Notes under the pieces: model-generated | Database searches by the model: none | Seen by the model: the letters and a program-made list of their open reading frames with translations, nothing else | What the model was told of the DNA's origin: nothing | Shown: piece after piece, positions 48,399 to 62,183 of the stretch | Layout of the letters: each line of letters begins with the position of its first letter | How positions within the stretch are numbered: the first letter of the stretch is position 1 | Assembly (NCBI GenBank): GCA_964651625.1 | Contig: CAZYWE010000012.1 | Coordinates: forward strand, 1,633-65,632 | Length of the DNA: 64,000 nt | Source of the DNA: an uncultured Nitrosomonas sp. | GTDB lineage: Bacteria > Pseudomonadota > Gammaproteobacteria > Burkholderiales > Nitrosomonadaceae | Direction of reading: 5' to 3' | Translations under genes and position numbers: made by a program

Positions 48399-49699
48399 CG
48401 GTTTTCTGCCTGTGCGGGCACAGGAGCCTGCTGATACCGTTCCAGTTCGATCGCTGAGGCAAGCAACGCTAACCTGGCGATGACACCGTAGGTGTAAAAG
48501 CGATTGGGAGCGGCATCCGGCTGGGCAGTGGGGTCGGTCTGCATACAGGTGGTATCAAAGGCCAGCGGGACGAAGTGCATGCCTGGGGCATTCAGATTTT
48601 CATCGACTCCCCGGCCGGTATGAACCCGATAAAATCCACCCACCACATGGCGGTCGATCATGTAAATGACTGGTTCGGCGACAGCTTGATGAATGCTTTC
48701 GAATGTATGCACACCCTCTTGTACCAGCACATTCGTGACAACAAGTCCTTCCTTGACGGTCGCCATTTTGTTGCGCTGCTTGCGATTGAGTTTGTAGAGT
48801 TCGGCGCCATTCTTGATACTCATGATGCCCATACCGTATGTGCCCGAATCAGCTTTACAGATAACGAACGGCTTTTCGCTGATGCCATATTTGGCATATT
48901 TTTCACTGATCTGATGCAATATTTCATCTACACCGGCAGCAACACAATCCAGCCCCTCTTTTTCATGAAAATCGACTTTTCCGCAAGAAGTGAAGTAAGG
49001 GTTGATCAGCCAGGAATCAATGCCGATAAGATCAGCAAAATCCTGTGCTACGCTGTCGTAGGCACTGAAGTGCCAGGATTTCCGGCGCGTGGACCAGCCT
49101 GCATGGAGTGGCGGTATGATAGTCTGCTCCAGATTTTGTAAAATTTCCGGTATGCCACTCGACAGATCATTGTTCAGAACAATGGCGCAGGGATCAAAAT
49201 CTTCGGTAAAAAGCCTGTTCCCCTTGCGCTGTACCGGTTCGAGCAACAGAGTTTCACCATTCGGCAGTGGGACTGTTAGTGGCTGTTCGATGTCGGGCAG
49301 GAGTGAGCCTATGCGAATATTCATCCCCGCCTGCTGCATGATGGATTGCAGCATGGCGATGTTCTGCAGATAGAAGATGTTGCGTGTATGGTTTTCCGGG
49401 ATCAGGAGAACATTGTGTGCGCTAGGGCAAATTTTTTCGACAGCAGTCATCATTGCCTGAATACACAGCGGAATGAAAGCCGGATTGAGGTTGTTGAAGC
49501 CACCGGGGAACAGGTTGGTATCAACTGGTGCCAGTTTGAAGCCACTATTACGTAAATCTACCGAGCAATAAAAGGGTACGGTGTGGTGCTGCCATTGTTT
49601 ACGGAACCAGTGTTCGATCGTTGGCTTGGCTGACAGGATACGTTTTTCGAGATCCAGAGTGGGTGCGTTTAGAGCATGAGTGAGGTGAGGTACCGGCAT
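48395..49699 (-). CDS. gshA: Glutamate-cysteine ligase (betaproteobacterial type)
   Basis: VPHL, SVDLRNSGFKLAPVDTNLFPGGFNNL, NLNAPGM; start likely ATG 49699. Confidence 0.92.
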   Translation of the reverse strand: MPVPHLTHALNAPTLDLEKRILSAKPTIEHWFRKQWQHHTVPFYCSVDLRNSGFKLAPVDTNLFPGGFNNLNPAFIPLCIQAMMTAVEKICPSAHNVLLIPENHTRNIFYLQNIAMLQSIMQQAGMNIRIGSLLPDIEQPLTVPLPNGETLLLEPVQRKGNRLFTEDFDPCAIVLNNDLSSGIPEILQNLEQTIIPPLHAGWSTRRKSWHFSAYDSVAQDFADLIGIDSWLINPYFTSCGKVDFHEKEGLDCVAAGVDEILHQISEKYAKYGISEKPFVICKADSGTYGMGIMSIKNGAELYKLNRKQRNKMATVKEGLVVTNVLVQEGVHTFESIHQAVAEPVIYMIDRHVVGGFYRVHTGRGVDENLNAPGMHFVPLAFDTTCMQTDPTAQPDAAPNRFYTYGVIARLALLASAIELERYQQAPVPAQAENR

Positions 49700-49882
49700 G
49701 GAAGTCCATAGCTTGGAAATAAACCGCCAGATTATAGCATTGACCCGGATCGGCAGATTTTGTCTGCGGAACAGCGAGTGGTACGGGTTTTGTCTAACAC
49801 AGAATGCTGTGGTGCAATTGAATTTATTATACAAAACCTGCGGATCCCATTATAATGCGCGGTTCTAGGACGGGAGACGGAT

Positions 49883-50194
49883 ATGTACGCAGTAATCAAG
49901 ACAGGTGGTAAACAATACCGGGTTGAAGTTGGCAGCAAATTAAAAGTGGAAACACTGCTTGCGGAAGCGGGGAGTGATATTCAGCTGGATCAGGTGCTGA
50001 TGGTTGCGGATGGTGAGGCTGTTTCGGCAGGCACCCCATTTCTCAATCAGGTGAAGGTCAGCGCAACTGTGATTGGCCACGGTCGGCACGACAAAGTACG
50101 CATATTCAAAATGCGTCGCCGCAAGCATTATCGGAAACAGCAGGGACACCGGCAGAATTACACCGAAATTCAAATTACCGGCATTTCTGCATAA
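49883..50194 (+). CDS. rplU: 50S ribosomal protein L21
   Basis: [16 protein letters not shown]. Confidence 0.98.
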   Translation: MYAVIKTGGKQYRVEVGSKLKVETLLAEAGSDIQLDQVLMVADGEAVSAGTPFLNQVKVSATVIGHGRHDKVRIFKMRRRKHYRKQQGHRQNYTEIQITGISA

Positions 50195-50206
50195 GGAGAT
50201 TGATTC

Positions 50207-50464
50207 ATGGCACATAAAAAAGCGGGCGGGAGCTCCAGAAACGGGCGCGATTCCCATTCAAAACGTCTGGGTGTGAAGCGCTATGGTGGTGAAATAATTC
50301 AGGCTGGCGGGATTATCGTACGTCAACGCGGTACACAGTTTCATCCGGGTGAAAACGTTGGTATCGGGCGTGACCATACATTGTTTGCAAAAGTGGATGG
50401 CCAGATTGTTTTTACTATCAAAGGTCAATTGAATCGGAGAACGGTTGCGGTTATTCCTTCCTGA
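50207..50464 (+). CDS. rpmA: 50S ribosomal protein L27
   Basis: [16 protein letters not shown]. Confidence 0.98.
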   Translation: MAHKKAGGSSRNGRDSHSKRLGVKRYGGEIIQAGGIIVRQRGTQFHPGENVGIGRDHTLFAKVDGQIVFTIKGQLNRRTVAVIPS

Positions 50465-50494
50465 TCATTTGGTCAGCTGGATTGAGCACTGGAC

Positions 50495-50524
50495 AAAAGC
50501 CCCATCTCTTGAATGGGGCTTTTT
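50495..50524 (+). terminator. Intrinsic terminator after rpmA
   Basis: AAAAGCCCCAT...ATGGGGCTTTTT. Confidence 0.85.
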
Positions 50525-50548
50525 ACTTTGATTGTGTTTTTTGCCTGA

Positions 50549-51625
<1,077 letters not shown>

Positions 51626-51630
51626 TTTTT

Positions 51631-52752
51631 ATGACACAGTCGATTCTGCAGTCTGCCCGCCGGATTGTTGTCAAGGTTGGCAGTAGCCTGGTGACGAATG
51701 AAGGTAGTGGTCTTGATCGTCGTGCGCTTGGAGATTGGGCCGGACAGATTTTTCGGCTCAGGCAGATGGGTAAGGAAATCGTATTGGTTTCATCCGGCGC
51801 TGTTGCCGAAGGTATGCAGCGACTAGGCTGGAAAACACGCCCTGCCGCGCTCTATGAGCTGCAGGCGGCTGCAGCAGTGGGGCAGATGGATCTCGCCCGG
51901 GCTTATGCTGATTGTTTCAGCGAATATGGGCTGCAGACGGCACAAATCCTGCTGACACATGACGATTTGTCGAGCCGCAAACGCTATCTGAACGCTCGTT
52001 CAACCATTCTTACCTTATTGAATCTGCATATTGTTCCAGTTATCAATGAGAATGACACAGTAGTTTCCGATGAAATCCGGTTTGGTGATAACGATAATCT
52101 GGCCGCACTGGTTGCCAACCTGATTGAGGCTGAGGTATTGGTGATTCTGACCGATCAGGAAGGGCTTTTTACCGGTGATCCACGTAAGAATGCCGATGCT
52201 GTGCTGATTCCGGAAGTCAGCGTCAGTGATCCAAATATCATATCCATGGCTGGTGGAGCGGGAAGTGGTATTGGGCGGGGTGGTATGCAAAGCAAGGTGA
52301 TGGCCGCCAGACGCGCTGCCCGCAGCGGAGCGCATACGGTGATTGCTTCAGGCAGAGCGAAGAATGTGCTGGCTCGTCTGGCAGAGGGAGAGGCTATTGG
52401 AACCACTTTGCTGGCGGATATGCCGGTAAAAGTGGCGCGTAAATTGTGGCTGGCCGATCATCTTCAGGTACGGGGCAGTGTGGTACTGGATGACGGGGCC
52501 AGTAGGGCGTTGCTGACTGAGGGTAAAAGCCTGTTGCCAATTGGTGTGGTGGAGGTGAAGGGAGAATTTGAGCGGGGGGAGGCTATATCCTGCCTTGATG
52601 CCAGTGGTCGTGAGATTGCCAGGGGGCTGATTAATTACAGTGCCCGCGAATCGCGCAGGATCATGCGTTTGCCTACCAGTCAGATCGAGGCTGCTCTTGG
52701 CTATGTGGATGAATATGAACTGATTCACAGGGATAATCTGGTTATCCTGTGA
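51631..52752 (+). CDS. proB: Glutamate 5-kinase
   Basis: [20 protein letters not shown]-terminal PUA domain. Confidence 0.96.
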   Translation: MTQSILQSARRIVVKVGSSLVTNEGSGLDRRALGDWAGQIFRLRQMGKEIVLVSSGAVAEGMQRLGWKTRPAALYELQAAAAVGQMDLARAYADCFSEYGLQTAQILLTHDDLSSRKRYLNARSTILTLLNLHIVPVINENDTVVSDEIRFGDNDNLAALVANLIEAEVLVILTDQEGLFTGDPRKNADAVLIPEVSVSDPNIISMAGGAGSGIGRGGMQSKVMAARRAARSGAHTVIASGRAKNVLARLAEGEAIGTTLLADMPVKVARKLWLADHLQVRGSVVLDDGASRALLTEGKSLLPIGVVEVKGEFERGEAISCLDASGREIARGLINYSARESRRIMRLPTSQIEAALGYVDEYELIHRDNLVIL

Positions 52753-52830
52753 TGGCTGTGCGCCGGATTTGTCCATAAAGGGTTCACTTTCCTGTAATGA
52801 TAGCCCTCTGCTTTTCTACACAATCCCGAT

Positions 52831-53823
52831 ATGGCTGATACTTATCATGCTCCCAAATGGCTGCCGGGTGGAAACGCCCAGACCATTTATCCTTACTTTG
52901 TCAATCTGACCCCGCTAATTGGCTATCGGCGCGAACGCTGGGAGATGGATGATGGTGATTTTGTCGATATTGACTGGCTGGAAGGGGCGCCGGACAAGCC
53001 GCTGGTAATTCTGCTGCATGGTCTGGAAGGCAGTTCACAAAGCCATTACGCGCTGAGTCTCATGCGTTTCCTGCAGAGATTGCGCTGGCGTGGCGCGGTG
53101 GTTCATTTTCGTGGTTGCTCCGGATCTCCCAATCGTCTGCCGCGTGCTTATCATGCGGGTGATTCGGCTGAAATAGATCGTATGCTGCGTTACATCGTGC
53201 ATCAGAACGATTCGCTGAATCAGGATAATACCTGTTATGTTGTGGGCGTTTCGCTGGGTGGTAATGCCCTATTGAAATGGCTGGGTGAGCAAGGTACGCA
53301 AGCGGCTTCACTGGTTGCCGGTGTGGTGGCTGTTTCTGTCCCTCTTGATCTGGCAGCAGCCGGCAAAGTGCTTGATTCCGGTTTCAATCGGGTTTACACA
53401 CACCATTTTCTGTCTACCCTCAAGCACAAGGCACTGCGGAAAAACAGGCAATTTCCCGGTTTGCTGGATGCCAGAGCAGTCGCAGCCTGCAGATCTTTGT
53501 ATGAGTTTGATAATCTGGTTACGGCACCATTGCACGGTTTCCGGGATACAGATGATTACTGGCATCAATCCAGCAGCAAACCCTGGCTTGGGTCGGTTCA
53601 GGTGCCAACTCTGCTGATCAATGCGCGTAATGACCCTTTTCTGCCTGAAAGTGTGTTGCCGCAAGAATCAGAAGTTTCTCCTCTGGTCTTACTCGAATAT
53701 CCGCAACAGGGAGGGCATGTGGGTTTTATGCAGGGAACTTTTCCGGGGAGCCTGGACTGGCTGCCGCAACGTATTGTGAGTTTTTTCTCATCGCTGTGCG
53801 ATTCGGCTATTATTCGGGTGTGA
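52831..53823 (+). CDS. YheT-family alpha/beta hydrolase
   Basis: HGLEGS, HFRGC, GVSLGG, NDPF, GGHVGF. Confidence 0.88.
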   Translation: MADTYHAPKWLPGGNAQTIYPYFVNLTPLIGYRRERWEMDDGDFVDIDWLEGAPDKPLVILLHGLEGSSQSHYALSLMRFLQRLRWRGAVVHFRGCSGSPNRLPRAYHAGDSAEIDRMLRYIVHQNDSLNQDNTCYVVGVSLGGNALLKWLGEQGTQAASLVAGVVAVSVPLDLAAAGKVLDSGFNRVYTHHFLSTLKHKALRKNRQFPGLLDARAVAACRSLYEFDNLVTAPLHGFRDTDDYWHQSSSKPWLGSVQVPTLLINARNDPFLPESVLPQESEVSPLVLLEYPQQGGHVGFMQGTFPGSLDWLPQRIVSFFSSLCDSAIIRV

Positions 53824-53848
53824 AGGGCGAAGTCAGAAAAAACTGACA

Positions 53849-55225
53849 TTGCCATGGTTAATCAAACTGGCCGAAATAAACAGAAAAACCAGTCCTGCTC
53901 TCATCTCTAACCACGTGAACTCTTTCTGGCTGAGTATTGCTCCCGTTTTATGGCTGACCCTCATCGCTGCACTGGCAGCAATGCTATTGGATGCTGCAAT
54001 TGTTCTGGGTTTGTACAGCGCTATCCTGTTAGGGATTATTGTTTACCATATTCACACCCTGCATTGTCTGGATCAATGGCTGCATCGCTCAGATCTTTCC
54101 TATTCAACGATACCTGACCGATCTGGCCTGTGGGGTGTGGTATTTGCCAGACTGGCACGCTTCATGCGGCGCCAGGACAAAGAACGTTTGGGGTTGAATA
54201 CCTCTCTGGAGCGACTGCAGCGTGCAACATCTGCATTGCCGGAAGGCGTTGTCATTCTGGGTGATAAGGATCAGATAGAATGGTGTAATACAGCTGCCGA
54301 ACAGCACTTGGGGCTTAATCTTGAAATGGATGCCGGCCAGCATATAACCCGCATGGTGCGTCAGGTACGGTTTGTGGGGTACCTTGAAACAGGAGATTTT
54401 AGTAAACCTTTTCTGCTTAAGCAGTCACGTCTGCATGATGCGCTGCTCCTGATCCAGATCGTGCCTTATGGAGACAGGGAAAAATTGCTGATCAGCCGGG
54501 ATGTGACACGATTTGAGAAAATCGAGATTATGCGGCGTGATTTCATTGCTAATGTTTCGCATGAATTGCGTACTCCTCTGACTGTGATAGGGGGGTTCCT
54601 GGAAACGCTGCTGGAAGACGGCAAAATATCCGGAGAAGTGGAGAGAAACGCATTGCGGCTGATGTCAGACCAGGCGATTCGTATGCGTCGTTTGGTGGAA
54701 GATCTGCTGACGCTTTCTCGCCTGGAAAGTGCTGGAAATACCCTGGCAGAAGAAAAGGTGGATGTCGCCAAACTTTTGCAGGGACTTTATCAGGAAGCCC
54801 AGTCGCTGAGTGCCGGCCGCCATACCATATCGCTCAACCTTGTCAGTCATACTATGCTGCTCGGCAGTGAAGATGAACTGCGCAGTGCATTTGAGAATCT
54901 CATCAGCAATGCAGTACGTTATACCCCGGAGAATGGCGTGATTTCCCTGAACTGGACTGTGGAAAATGGCAAGGGGCTGTTTTATGTGCAGGATAGCGGT
55001 ATTGGTATTGAACCGAATCACATTCCCCGACTGACAGAACGTTTTTATCGGGTGGATCGCAGCCGCTCCCGCGAAACTGGTGGCACTGGCCTTGGCCTTG
55101 CCATTGTCAAGCATGTCCTCAACCGTCATCAGGCAAGCCTGGGAATAACCAGTCAACCTGGATCAGGGAGTATTTTCAGGATCTGGTTCCCTGCCAATCG
55201 GGTGATACAGGCCGAAGCTGCATAA
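53849..55225 (+). CDS. phoR: Phosphate regulon sensor kinase PhoR; start uncertain
   Basis: Two TM helices, PAS, FIANVSHELRTPLTV, RLTERFYRVD..RSRETGGTGLGL. Confidence 0.9.
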   Translation: MPWLIKLAEINRKTSPALISNHVNSFWLSIAPVLWLTLIAALAAMLLDAAIVLGLYSAILLGIIVYHIHTLHCLDQWLHRSDLSYSTIPDRSGLWGVVFARLARFMRRQDKERLGLNTSLERLQRATSALPEGVVILGDKDQIEWCNTAAEQHLGLNLEMDAGQHITRMVRQVRFVGYLETGDFSKPFLLKQSRLHDALLLIQIVPYGDREKLLISRDVTRFEKIEIMRRDFIANVSHELRTPLTVIGGFLETLLEDGKISGEVERNALRLMSDQAIRMRRLVEDLLTLSRLESAGNTLAEEKVDVAKLLQGLYQEAQSLSAGRHTISLNLVSHTMLLGSEDELRSAFENLISNAVRYTPENGVISLNWTVENGKGLFYVQDSGIGIEPNHIPRLTERFYRVDRSRSRETGGTGLGLAIVKHVLNRHQASLGITSQPGSGSIFRIWFPANRVIQAEAA

Positions 55226-55497
55226 TTCAGTTGTATTTTTACTGTGGCCACCAGATGATTCATACCACTGATCCGAGTGGATTTGCTCGCCATATTAGAC
55301 TTCTCATTTTGCGCGACTTATACTTTGGCAACGCTAAAATATCTAGGGTAGATTTTTGATTTTCTCTTACCAATCTGGTGGTACAGACTGGTTTCAGGTC
55401 CATGATAAAAATACTGCCGGAATCAGCCGGCTAACCCGGAAGGGTATTTATACCGAATCAAATCAAATAATTAAAAATTCACCAGGGAGAATGAATA

Positions 55498-55752
55498 ATG
55501 GGCGTTAAGGGGCAGTTACTGCAAGATCCTTTTTTGAATATCCTGCGCAAGGAGCATATTCCGGTTTCCATTTATCTGGTTAACGGAATCAAGTTACAGG
55601 GGCAGATAGATTCTTTTGACCAGTACGTGGTCCTGTTAAAGAATTCCATTACGCAGATGGTGTATAAACACGCTATCTCCACCATCGTTCCGGCCAAAGC
55701 AATTTCAATTCCGGCGCCCGCTGAAACCCAGATCGAGCAAGATGAGTCATGA
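55498..55752 (+). CDS. hfq: RNA chaperone Hfq
   Basis: [24 protein letters not shown]. Confidence 0.98.
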   Translation: MGVKGQLLQDPFLNILRKEHIPVSIYLVNGIKLQGQIDSFDQYVVLLKNSITQMVYKHAISTIVPAKAISIPAPAETQIEQDES

Positions 55753-56932
55753 AGTTGTTACTGGGGGCGCGATTGATAATACCGCGATATTAATAGGCAT
55801 CGATTTCGGTGAAGGAAATAAGGAAAGCCTGGAGGAATTGCGGGAATTGGCTCGCAGTGCACAGCTTTCTGTAGCATCAATCGTGGAAGGAACGCGAAAA
55901 CGACCTGATCCTGCTACCTTTATTGGTAAGGGAAAGTTAGAAGAAATCAGGCAAATTCAGGAACAAACACATGCGGCAATCGCGGTTTTCAACCACGAAC
56001 TGTCCCCGATACAGCAAAGGAATCTCTCCACAGCGCTGGCTTGTCGTGTCATAGACAGGACCAGCCTGATTCTGGATATTTTTGCGCAGCGTGCTAAAAG
56101 TCATGAAGGTAAATTGCAGGTTGAGCTGGCGCAGCTGGAGTATCTCTCAACGCGACTGGTGAAGGGCTGGACACACCTTGAGCGTCAAAAGGGCGGTATC
56201 GGTTTGCGCGGGCCGGGGGAAACCCAGCTGGAGACAGATCGCCGTTTACTGGCCAAGCGTGTAAAACTGCTGAAGGAAAAACTTGTCAGTCTCAAGCGGC
56301 AGCGTGAAGTACAACGGCGGGCAAGGAAACGCGCAGAGATTTTATCTGTCTCTATAGTGGGCTATACCAATGCCGGTAAATCAACGTTGTTTAACCGGCT
56401 GGTGCGGGCAGAGACGTATGCTGCGGATAAACTGTTTGCTACGCTGGATACTACTACCAGAAGATTGACTCTCCCGGGGCATGGCACAATCGTAATTTCC
56501 GATACGGTTGGCTTTATCCGGGATTTGCCGCATACGCTGGTTGCTGCATTTCGAGCCACTCTGGAAGAAACAGTACAGGCGGACCTGCTCCTGCATGTGG
56601 TTGATATTTCCAGTTCCAGCCGCGATGTACAGATAAGTGAGGTCAATAAGTTGTTGCATGAAATTGGGGCAGATGCGATACCGCAGATCCTGATCCTGAA
56701 TAAAATTGATCTTCTTGAGCAGTGTCTGCCCGGGAATTACATGCGTGATGAGTGTGATAGAATCAGCAGCATTCATCTCAGTGCGAAGACAGGGGCGGGT
56801 TTCGGCTATCTGTATGAGGCGCTGGCAGAGGTGTTCGATCAGAATTTGAACAAAGCAGAACAATATCCGGCAACATCAGCAACCATGAACGGCAATGTCC
56901 GTGCCATTTTTATAAATAATGAAAAGGACTAA
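55742..56932 (+). CDS. hflX: GTPase HflX
   Basis: [25 protein letters not shown]. Confidence 0.96.
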   Translation: MSHEVVTGGAIDNTAILIGIDFGEGNKESLEELRELARSAQLSVASIVEGTRKRPDPATFIGKGKLEEIRQIQEQTHAAIAVFNHELSPIQQRNLSTALACRVIDRTSLILDIFAQRAKSHEGKLQVELAQLEYLSTRLVKGWTHLERQKGGIGLRGPGETQLETDRRLLAKRVKLLKEKLVSLKRQREVQRRARKRAEILSVSIVGYTNAGKSTLFNRLVRAETYAADKLFATLDTTTRRLTLPGHGTIVISDTVGFIRDLPHTLVAAFRATLEETVQADLLLHVVDISSSSRDVQISEVNKLLHEIGADAIPQILILNKIDLLEQCLPGNYMRDECDRISSIHLSAKTGAGFGYLYEALAEVFDQNLNKAEQYPATSATMNGNVRAIFINNEKD

Positions 56933-56937
56933 ATCAT

Positions 56938-58128
56938 ATGGGCTTGAATGATCCACAGTGGGGGAAAAGGAGAGGTAACTCAGGGCCTCCCGATCTTGAT
57001 GAGATCCTGCGCAATTTTAACCAGAAGTTGAATGAAATTTTTGGGAAGAAAGGCGGGGGTGGCGATGATGGAGATTCCGATAGCGGAGGCTCCAGTATGC
57101 CTAGTGGTAAAGGTATTGTAGCGATTGCTGTTCTGCTTGCTCTGGCGTGGCTGGGAAGTGGTTTCTATATTGTTGATGAAGGTCAGCGTGGTGTGGTGCT
57201 GCGTTTCGGTAAATATGTGGAAACAACGTTGCCCGGGTTGCGCTGGCATATCCCTTCCCCGATCGAAACGGTTGAATCCGTCAATATAGGTCAGGTACGT
57301 ACGGTGGAAATCGGTTATCGCAACAATGTACGCAGTAAAGTGCCCAAGGAAGCACTGATGCTTACAGATGATGAAAATATCATCGATATCCAGTTTGCTG
57401 TGCAATATATCCTGAATAACCCCGAGAATTTCCTGTTTACCAATCGCGACCCGGAGAATACGGTTCTGCAGGTGGCGGAAACAGCTATTCGACAGATAAT
57501 TGGCACAAGTAAAATGGACTTTGTTTTGTATGAAGGTCGGGAAGAGGTGGCGGCTAAAACAACCGAGCTGATGCAGAAAATACTTGATCGTTATCAGATT
57601 GGTATTTCAATTAACCGGGTAACGATGCAAAATGCGCAACCTCCCGAACAGGTACAGGCAGCTTTTGACGATGCTGTTAAAGCTGGTCAGGATAGAGAAC
57701 GGCAGAGAAACGAGGGCCAGGCATACGCAAATGATGTAGTACCAAGAGCAAAGGGGGGAGCTGCACGCTTGCTGGAGGAAGCACAGGGGTATAAACAGAA
57801 AGTGATTTCCACTGCAGAAGGTGATACCAGCCGTTTTGCACAGGTGCAGGTGGAATATGCCAAAGCACCTGAAGTTACGCGAGAGCGTATGTATCTCGAC
57901 ACTATCCAGCAGGTTCTGTCCAGCACCAGCAAGATCCTGATAGATCAGGAAAAGGGAGGAGGGAATTTGCTTTACCTGCCGCTGGATAAACTGATCCAGG
58001 CCGATCCTGTTGCAGCTAAGCCTTCTGTTGCAACAACCAGGACACAGAGCGAATCCCAGGAATTTTCCTCAGATGTCAGCTCACGCTCGCGTGAGTCTTT
58101 TCGCAGTCGTGAACGGGAGACGAGATAA
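56938..58128 (+). CDS. hflK: FtsH modulator HflK
   Basis: GPPDLDE, MLTDDEN, VQAAFDD. Confidence 0.96.
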   Translation: MGLNDPQWGKRRGNSGPPDLDEILRNFNQKLNEIFGKKGGGGDDGDSDSGGSSMPSGKGIVAIAVLLALAWLGSGFYIVDEGQRGVVLRFGKYVETTLPGLRWHIPSPIETVESVNIGQVRTVEIGYRNNVRSKVPKEALMLTDDENIIDIQFAVQYILNNPENFLFTNRDPENTVLQVAETAIRQIIGTSKMDFVLYEGREEVAAKTTELMQKILDRYQIGISINRVTMQNAQPPEQVQAAFDDAVKAGQDRERQRNEGQAYANDVVPRAKGGAARLLEEAQGYKQKVISTAEGDTSRFAQVQVEYAKAPEVTRERMYLDTIQQVLSSTSKILIDQEKGGGNLLYLPLDKLIQADPVAAKPSVATTRTQSESQEFSSDVSSRSRESFRSRERETR

Positions 58129-59006
58129 TGAGAGCGCTTTCATCTGTATTTGCCGGACTGCTGCTCGTAGTGGCGATATTGGGTAATTCTGCCGTCTATA
58201 TTGTTGATGAACGTGAGCAGGCGTTACTGTTCCAGCTGGGGGAAGTTGTCGGTGTTAAGACCTCTCCCGGTATCTATTTCAAAATACCGTTTATTCAGAA
58301 CGTCCGCTTTTTCGACTCCCGTATCCTGACAATGGATTCAGAAGAGCCTGAGCGTTTTATTACCTCAGAGAAGAAAAACGTTCTGGTGGATTTGTTTGTT
58401 AAATGGCGTATCTCTGACGTCAGGCAATACTATGTCAGTGTGCGCGGAGATGAAGCACTGGCTCAAACTCGCCTTGCACAGACGATCAACTCCAGTATGC
58501 GTGATGAATTTGGTAACCGAACCGTCCATGATGTGATTTCCGGGGAACGCGACAAAATCATGGAAATCATGCGCCAGAAAGCAAATGTGGATGCCAGCAA
58601 GATCGGGGTGGAGGTCGTTGATGTGCGCCTCAAGCGTGTAGATCTTCCACAGGAAGTGAGTGAATCTGTTTATCGCAGAATGGAAGCGGAACGTAAAAGA
58701 GTGGCTAATGAGCTGCGTTCGACTGGTGCTGCTGAAGCAGAAAAGATCCGTGCAGATGCTGACCGTCAACATGAGGTGATTCTGGCAGAAGCCTATAGCG
58801 AAGCCCAGAAGGTTATGGGTGAGGGGGATGCGCAGGCTACGGCAACTTATGCTGAAGCCTTCCAGAAGGACGCTAAATTCTATGAGTTTTACCGGAGTTT
58901 GGAGGCTTACAGAAAATCCTTCAGAAATAAAGAAGATATTCTTGTTCTGGAACCAAATTCTGAGTTTTTCAAGTATATGAAAAGCCCTTCAGACCGTAAA
59001 AAATAA
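58128..59006 (+). CDS. hflC: FtsH modulator HflC
   Basis: T.EKK...VD, RM.AER, RSLEAY. Confidence 0.96.
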   Translation: MRALSSVFAGLLLVVAILGNSAVYIVDEREQALLFQLGEVVGVKTSPGIYFKIPFIQNVRFFDSRILTMDSEEPERFITSEKKNVLVDLFVKWRISDVRQYYVSVRGDEALAQTRLAQTINSSMRDEFGNRTVHDVISGERDKIMEIMRQKANVDASKIGVEVVDVRLKRVDLPQEVSESVYRRMEAERKRVANELRSTGAAEAEKIRADADRQHEVILAEAYSEAQKVMGEGDAQATATYAEAFQKDAKFYEFYRSLEAYRKSFRNKEDILVLEPNSEFFKYMKSPSDRKK

Positions 59007-59140
59007 GTATTGAATCTGTATGCAGCTGCTTAAACAAGGTTTTGGAATTAAAAACAGTTATGTCAGGGAGTATCTGCAGACATATGCAAGTAGCTGCTTA
59101 TCAGATCATGTCTTGCTGCTGAAGCTCTGGATTTGCTGAT

Positions 59141-59326
59141 ATGTGGGATACCTTTCTAAAAGCGGTTGCATTAATGCTGATACTGGAAGGTATCGTTCCT
59201 TTTTCGTTTCCTGGCGCCTGGCGAGATGCTTTTCTCAAACTGATGCAAATGGAAGACGGTCAGATACGGCTAATGGGCCTCAGTACCATGCTGGTCGGCC
59301 TTATCATTCTTTTTCTGGTTAGCTGA
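59141..59326 (+). CDS. DUF2065 (YjeT-like) small membrane protein
   Basis: ALMLILEG..PF.FP..WR; conserved position after hflC. Confidence 0.88.
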   Translation: MWDTFLKAVALMLILEGIVPFSFPGAWRDAFLKLMQMEDGQIRLMGLSTMLVGLIILFLVS

Positions 59327-59400
59327 TTGTCCTTCCCCCTGATGATTTTGGGTATCCCTGCTTTTGACCCGGATGTAGTATTTTCCGGCCAACATTAAAA

Positions 59401-60576
59401 ATGCGCAATTGGCTGCTTCCTGAATATATCGAAGATGTACTGCCGCGAGATGCTTACCGTATAGAGAAGATCCGCCGGCTGATCATGGATATGCTGTTTT
59501 CTCACGGGTATCAGTTTGTGATGCCACCATTGCTGGAGTATGTGGATTCTTTACTGGCTGGAAGCGGCAGTGGCATGAATTTACGCATGTTCAAGGTCGT
59601 CGATCAGCTCAGTGGCAGAATGATGGGGTTGCGTGCAGATATGACACCGCAAGCTGCCCGGATTGATGCGCATCTGCTGGATAATAATGGTGTGACACGA
59701 CTTTGTTATGCCAGCAGTGTGGTGCATACCGTTCCGGATGAGATTACCCGCACACGAGAGCCTTTCCAGGTGGGTGCCGAGTTATTTGGTCATCCCGGCA
59801 TTGAAAGTGATCTTGAAATCCAGCGCCTGCTGCTGGAGTGCCTGTCCGTTTCAGGTATTCAGACCATTCATCTTGACCTTGGCCATATCAGGGTTTTCCG
59901 CAGTCTGATTCACGATTCAGGAATCAGGCCTGAGTTTGAAACAGAGCTTTATGCGGCATTGTGGGCTAAGGATACCAGCTCGCTCAGGGAACTGGTTCTG
60001 ACAGGGTTGAGTAAACGACTGGATAAATCAGTGCAGGATGCTTTGCTGCTGTTACCAGAACTGTATGGGGATGATACCGTGCTTCAGCGTGCACGCCAGT
60101 ATCTGCCAAAATTCCCGGAAATCAGTGAGGCGCTGGATCAGCTGGGATACGTTGCCAGAACACTGAAACCTTATGTTGATCGAATCACTTTTGATCTGGC
60201 TGATTTGCGGGGGTATCACTACCATACCGGTATGGTGTTCGCCGCATATACACCGGGTTGCCCTGCTCCTGTTGCCTTGGGTGGGCGCTATGATGAAATC
60301 GGCAAATCGTTCGGCAGAGCGCGGCCGGCAACCGGCTTCAGCCTTGATCTGAAGCAGTTGTCCCGGCTGACGGCGATAAACGATTACCCTCTGGGGATTT
60401 TGGCACCATGGAAACCGGAGGATGAAAAACTTACAGCAATGATTCGCCGATTGCGTGCTGAAGGGCATATCGTGGTGATAGAACTGCCTGGAGAAAATGG
60501 CAAGGAAATATCAGGCTGCGATAGACAAATAACTTTTCTTAATGGCAACTGGGAAATCAGTGTGATCACGAGTTAA
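59401..60576 (+). CDS. hisZ: ATP phosphoribosyltransferase regulatory subunit
   Basis: WLLPE.IED, RADMTPQ.ARIDAH, GGRYD, RPATGFS. Confidence 0.95.
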   Translation: MRNWLLPEYIEDVLPRDAYRIEKIRRLIMDMLFSHGYQFVMPPLLEYVDSLLAGSGSGMNLRMFKVVDQLSGRMMGLRADMTPQAARIDAHLLDNNGVTRLCYASSVVHTVPDEITRTREPFQVGAELFGHPGIESDLEIQRLLLECLSVSGIQTIHLDLGHIRVFRSLIHDSGIRPEFETELYAALWAKDTSSLRELVLTGLSKRLDKSVQDALLLLPELYGDDTVLQRARQYLPKFPEISEALDQLGYVARTLKPYVDRITFDLADLRGYHYHTGMVFAAYTPGCPAPVALGGRYDEIGKSFGRARPATGFSLDLKQLSRLTAINDYPLGILAPWKPEDEKLTAMIRRLRAEGHIVVIELPGENGKEISGCDRQITFLNGNWEISVITS

Positions 60577-60778
60577 GTAAGAAAGATTTTGTAGAAACTG
60601 ACAGGGAAGTTTAACAATCTGCAAAATCTGGTAAACCATCTTTTCAGATAATGCTCTGTATAGCCTGGCTCGTAATAATAAAGTGGGAATAGCCATAGTT
60701 TGTCCGGGAATATTCATGCACCGCACTGTTAACAGCGCGGTGCTTTGTTTTGGAAATAATTTTTAAAGAGATCAGTAG

Positions 60779-62080
<1,302 letters not shown>

Positions 62081-62183
62081 CTGCAAAATTCGGATGAGTA
62101 AAACGAGGTCTGGTAACTTTCACTGAGCATCCGCAGCACACCGGCTTTCCTGAAAAACCAGCCCTCAAAAATATCCTTTACTG

